NCBI GenBank assembly: GCA_002269645.1
Contig: NIVC01001518.1
Location: 62,001-126,000 of the forward strand
Source: Macrostomum lignano
Taxonomy: Eukaryota
Direction: 5' to 3'
Length of the DNA stretch: 64,000 nt
The notes under the pieces were generated by a model. That model made no database searches and had not been told where the DNA came from. It was given only the letters and a program-made list of their open reading frames with translations. Of this stretch, positions 60,626 to 64,000 are shown one piece after another (position 1 is the first letter of the stretch; every line of letters begins with the position of its first letter). A program made the position numbers and the translations under genes.

Positions 60626-61209
60626 TGGGGAAGCAAAAGGCAAACATAATGCTTAGTAACTATATGAAAAATAAGATGTATATTTCATGAAAAACACAGA
60701 ATACGAGGGCTTTAAGCTGAAAATAGAAGGCAGCAAGAAGTTGTGTAAGTCAGAATCCAGATATAAAAACATTCAGTCAGAAAAAATACATCTAGTTGGC
60801 CAAATTTGGAAGGCAAATTGTTTGAAAAAAGGCATTCCTGATCACATAGCACTGCGCGATAAAAAGCGCGATAAAAATTAAAAAAAAATCGCCGAAACTT
60901 TAATTGGAAACTACACGAAGGGAATGAGGCTGAGTTTGTGAAGAGTAAAACGGCGCATGCCAAAAATAACTAAAAATAGAGCGTGCACACTGCTGGTACT
61001 ACTAACGAAACTTAATCTATTCATTCATTTAGAGGAAACAAATTTTGGCAAAAATACGAATTGAGAACAGCTGTTGAGCATCAGGGTTGGGAAGAATCGA
61101 AATAACAAGTCATAATCATAATTTCACTTAAAGCTAGGAATCGCAATTCTTAAACAGCTTAATCCTCATGCTAGGATAAATATAGTTCTTTACGTATGAA
61201 GCATATTTT

Positions 61210-61595
61210 TCATTCTAGGAATTCCCAATCCTCATTCTAGGAATCCCAATCCCTCATTCTAGGAATCCCAATCCTCATTCTAGGAATCCCAATCCTCATT
61301 CTAGGAATCCCAATCCTCATTCTAGGAATCCCAATCCCTCATCCTAGGAATCCCAATCCTCATTCTAGGAACCCCAATACTGATTCCAGGAACCCCAATC
61401 CTCATTCTAGGAACCCCAATACTGATTCCAGGAACCCCAATCCTCATTCTAGAACCCCAATCCTCATTCTAGGAATTCACAATGATCTAGGAATCCCAAT
61501 CCTCATTCTAGAAATCACAATCTTCATTCTAGGAATCCACCATGATCTTCATTTTAGGAATCCCAAGCCTCTTTTCTAGGAATCCCTAATCTAGG
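61210..61595. repeat. Same family in inverted orientation (CATTCTAGGAATCCCAATCCT, 21-22 bp), downstream of the sulfotransferase stop
   Basis: Reverse complement AGGATTGGGATTCCTAGAATG matches the TAF11-flanking arrays. Confidence 0.9.
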
Positions 61596-61774
61596 AATTA
61601 AAGGTTTTCAGAGTCAAGAAACAAGTAACAACATAGATTTGTGCACAGCAAAATCTAAATTTAAAGAACAAATGTCTAGAAAATAATCTATAAAAAGAAT
61701 TAACTGATGCTCTTGTAAACTTTGCTGAAAAATTAATTAGTAAAAAAATCAGAGGTTCAGACAAGCTGCAGCCA

Positions 61775-62557
61775 TCAGCCCCAGCGCTTCAGACAGAACT
61801 TGGCACCGAACCACAGGACCGAACCGGCGACAGCGCAGAAGGCGGTGTTCAGTGCGACGCTGCTCACAAAAATGGTTCGAGTTCGCTGCCGAAACTCGGC
61901 CGCATCGTTAACTCTGGGAAATGGCACCCCGGGCACAGGCACGCCCAGGAACTGGCACAGCGGCTCCCAGCCTTCGGCCACTCGAAACACCAGCAGACGC
62001 TCCTTTGGAATGCTTCTAATAACGTCTTCAACGTGACGATCAAATATCCTGATAAGCTCTTCGTCAGTAGCGTCGAGGTCAAGTCGCAGTCGCTGATCGA
62101 ACAGCACCGCCTTCAGCTTGACAATGTAGTACAGTCCAATCAGGTGAAACAGTGGGGTCAGCACCATCTGGATCACCTTGGCTAGTCGCAGAACTGTGCC
62201 TCTCATGCTAGTTGCCCATCGTTTAGGATCGCGCACGCTCAGCACAAACCTCGCATCCGGATAGATCCTGGCCAAGTCTTTGTAGAACAGGCAAGCTGGA
62301 AAATCTGCGGTAGCTTGGAAACCGCAGAATATTTTGTCAGCCAATTCTCTGGTCAAGCCGTTAGTTGAGGCCTGGTACCACAGCTTCAGATGCGAACGAT
62401 TCTCGTGTAGAATATAGTCCATATGGTAGCACCTGCCACCCAGCAGGATCTCGAATGCTTTCATCTGCGAATTGGTGCCAGTGCGCATCAGGCCTACACT
62501 GATCACCTGAAGATTGCTGCGATCCGTGTCCTCAAACTGACGCCTAGTTGACGTCAT
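61775..62557 (-). CDS. P-loop sulfotransferase of the Schistosoma SULT-OR type (Sulfotransfer_4-like), 260 aa, intronless, hydrophobic C-terminal tail
   Basis: LQVISVGLMRTGTNSQMKAFEIL...CYHM...ATADFPACLFYKDLARIYPDARFVLSVRD...W..S matches the family pattern VI.AGL.RTGT.SL..ALE.L...CYHM...TD.P...FY..L...YP.AKV.L..RD; ends FPRVND then a TM-like tail. Confidence 0.88.
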   Translation of the reverse strand: MTSTRRQFEDTDRSNLQVISVGLMRTGTNSQMKAFEILLGGRCYHMDYILHENRSHLKLWYQASTNGLTRELADKIFCGFQATADFPACLFYKDLARIYPDARFVLSVRDPKRWATSMRGTVLRLAKVIQMVLTPLFHLIGLYYIVKLKAVLFDQRLRLDLDATDEELIRIFDRHVEDVIRSIPKERLLVFRVAEGWEPLCQFLGVPVPGVPFPRVNDAAEFRQRTRTIFVSSVALNTAFCAVAGSVLWFGAKFCLKRWG

Positions 62558-62829
62558 GCTCAGTCAGTTTGGCTGGATGAGAAATCAGAAAGACAGGTTA
62601 AAACAGGTCTGTGATAACACTAGTAGATATTGTTCCTGTTTGGACTATAGCTTGTGTTGCTTTTGTTTTAATTTGCTGACTTCAACTCGAGTTCTAAGGA
62701 GTTGAGAACGGCAGAGTGCTCTCCAGAAACGATGCATTAATTAAAAGTTAAAATGTGAATATCCACATAAAGAACAAAACAAGCTATACACATATACAAT
62801 ATTTGAGGTATTTTGTCAACTAGATGAAC

Positions 62830-62995
62830 TTTAAACTTTGCTCAAAGGAGTCGGGTTTGAAGAATTGCCTCAAGAAGATCACAAAGGCGGTCATGGGTGC
62901 AAGAGCTGGACTCTGGGGGGAGAAAAGTATGGAGACACTCACAGAGTTTGAAATGAAATTTTACAGAAGAATGCTTACGGCCATGTCGGCATCTT
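62830..62995 (+). mobile_element. Degenerate RTE-like non-LTR retrotransposon fragment (region C-terminal to RT)
   Basis: HGCKSWTL (62892) then, one frame shifted, LTEFEMKFYRRML resemble YG.ESWTL.....L..FEM..YRRML of RTE-clade LINEs. Confidence 0.5.
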
Positions 62996-63853
62996 ATAAA
63001 ATCTTACAACCTTGATAATACAATCGAATGCTCATTCTGTTGAGTTAAAAGCCCCGAATTCGAGCCAACTACTCGTAGTTCCGATCGCTAGAGTTTGAAC
63101 AGTAGTAGTAGTATAATAAGCTTTACACTAGATGTTTGTGCACTATGAAAATCAAAATCAAAACCAAAATCAATTAAAAATAGTCTCGGAATATTAATAA
63201 GTTTATTTATCACACATACAGCATCGTAAAAAAGGTTTATATAAATATATACGCTACTAATTCTATTGAGTGATTATTTATTCAGTAATAAAATTAATCT
63301 GAAAATTTAATAAAAATCCACTATATCGTACTAAAAATTATAAATCTAAATCACAACCCATTGTCCTAGAATGCTTTAATCAAGATAAATTTGTGATATA
63401 AAAAAATCGATTTATCACAAAAGACCATTAAAACGTTCTACAGTGAAAGCAACAAGGTGTAAAACTTGGATTCAGCAATATTGAAAAGTCTCAATCTTTG
63501 CGAGTGACGCAACTTAGCTACGCCGCGACAGACTTGCGTTGAGGAATGAAGTGGGGGGAGCTGTGTGCAAGGATTGGACGGATTACGAGAGCTATCCCAA
63601 TCAGTTTTCTCGTAGATTTTATTTCAGATTAGTCCAAAGAGAAATTGCACTGGCGCATAGAGTGGCGACTTTTCAATGTTGCTGAGTCTATTATTTAGAA
63701 GGCACCTTGTGATTGTCTAAAACTAAATAAAAAGTTGTAACGCCATATAATTCGATGTCTAATATTGAGAAGACATAAAAGTGGTAACTCGGAGATTTCT
63801 TCCTGCTTTCCGTTTGATTTTATACTTGGCAGCCTGGAATTGAAACCTACAAG

Positions 63854-64000
63854 TCAAGAAGACCACAGCTGAAGACAACGCTTAACACTGAACCAGACCG
63901 CAGCACCAGCAGCCGTACAGAAGGCCACATTCAGAACTGATCCGAAAAGTATAAATGAACCAATTTTACGTTGAAATTTTTGGTATCATTCACGCACGGG
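63854..64000 (-). CDS. 3' end of a second SULT-OR-like sulfotransferase paralog (truncated by the window edge; apparent 1-nt deletion at 63977-63981)
   Basis: PCVNDTK then, after a one-base shift, FQRKIGSFILFGSVLNVAFCTAAGAAVWFSVKRCLQLWSS* aligns with PRVNDAAEFRQRTRTIFVSSVALNTAFCAVAGSVLWFGAKFCLKRWG*. Confidence 0.8.

Noticed and set aside
285-60649. Many long ORF-track entries inside tandem arrays (e.g. 6541-8163, 25040-25796, 36933-38478, 39503-40834, 57427-58116, 60007-60649)
   Set aside because: They are translations of stop-poor repeats, open in several frames and both strands, often with non-3n units, and mostly intronic. Only the 28889-32746 frame showed any coding-like signal.
60687-60963. 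Short ORFs between the TAF11 and SULT arrays
   Set aside because: AT-rich, no homology; more likely promoter or UTR sequence
296-61595. CRISPR-like appearance of 28-38-bp repeats
   Set aside because: Units are head-to-tail with no unique spacers, no cas genes, and the DNA is eukaryotic

Overview
Eukaryotic (animal) genomic DNA with spliceosomal GT-AG introns, not prokaryotic. GC-rich exons, introns packed with private minisatellites and a Schistosoma SULT-OR-type sulfotransferase suggest a free-living flatworm such as Macrostomum lignano (inference). Genes reconstructed by hand: an ankyrin-repeat protein (-, runs off the left edge), PDK1/PDPK1 (+, 3 exons), a puromycin-sensitive M1 aminopeptidase (-, 10 exons, one apparent 1-nt deletion), a PH+PTB Dok/IRS-like adaptor (+, 5 exons), a divergent TALE homeobox gene (-), a C2H2 zinc-finger exon (-), an orphan exon (-), TAF11 (-), and a tandem pair of SULT-OR-like sulfotransferases (-, the second cut by the right edge). 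About 37 tandem-repeat arrays fill a large part of the window. Mobile DNA includes a 2.57-kb non-autonomous CACTA/EnSpm-like element with TIRs and a 2-bp TSD, a tRNA-derived CORE-like SINE, a deleted mariner and an RTE LINE fragment. Best leads: (i) a systematic architecture with repeat-free AT-rich 5' ends versus minisatellite-filled GC-rich gene bodies, some arrays copying their own splice donor; (ii) a 3-kb TGACAG (TALE-site) array upstream of the TALE gene, plus E2F-site arrays; (iii) a 3.86-kb repeat ORF whose indels are all in frame and whose recurrent SNPs are synonymous; (iv) a dispersed 28-bp satellite with no shared flanks; (v) an M1 aminopeptidase with QFE replaced by MLC. All coordinates and counts were read by eye; array ends are approximate to about 20 bp.
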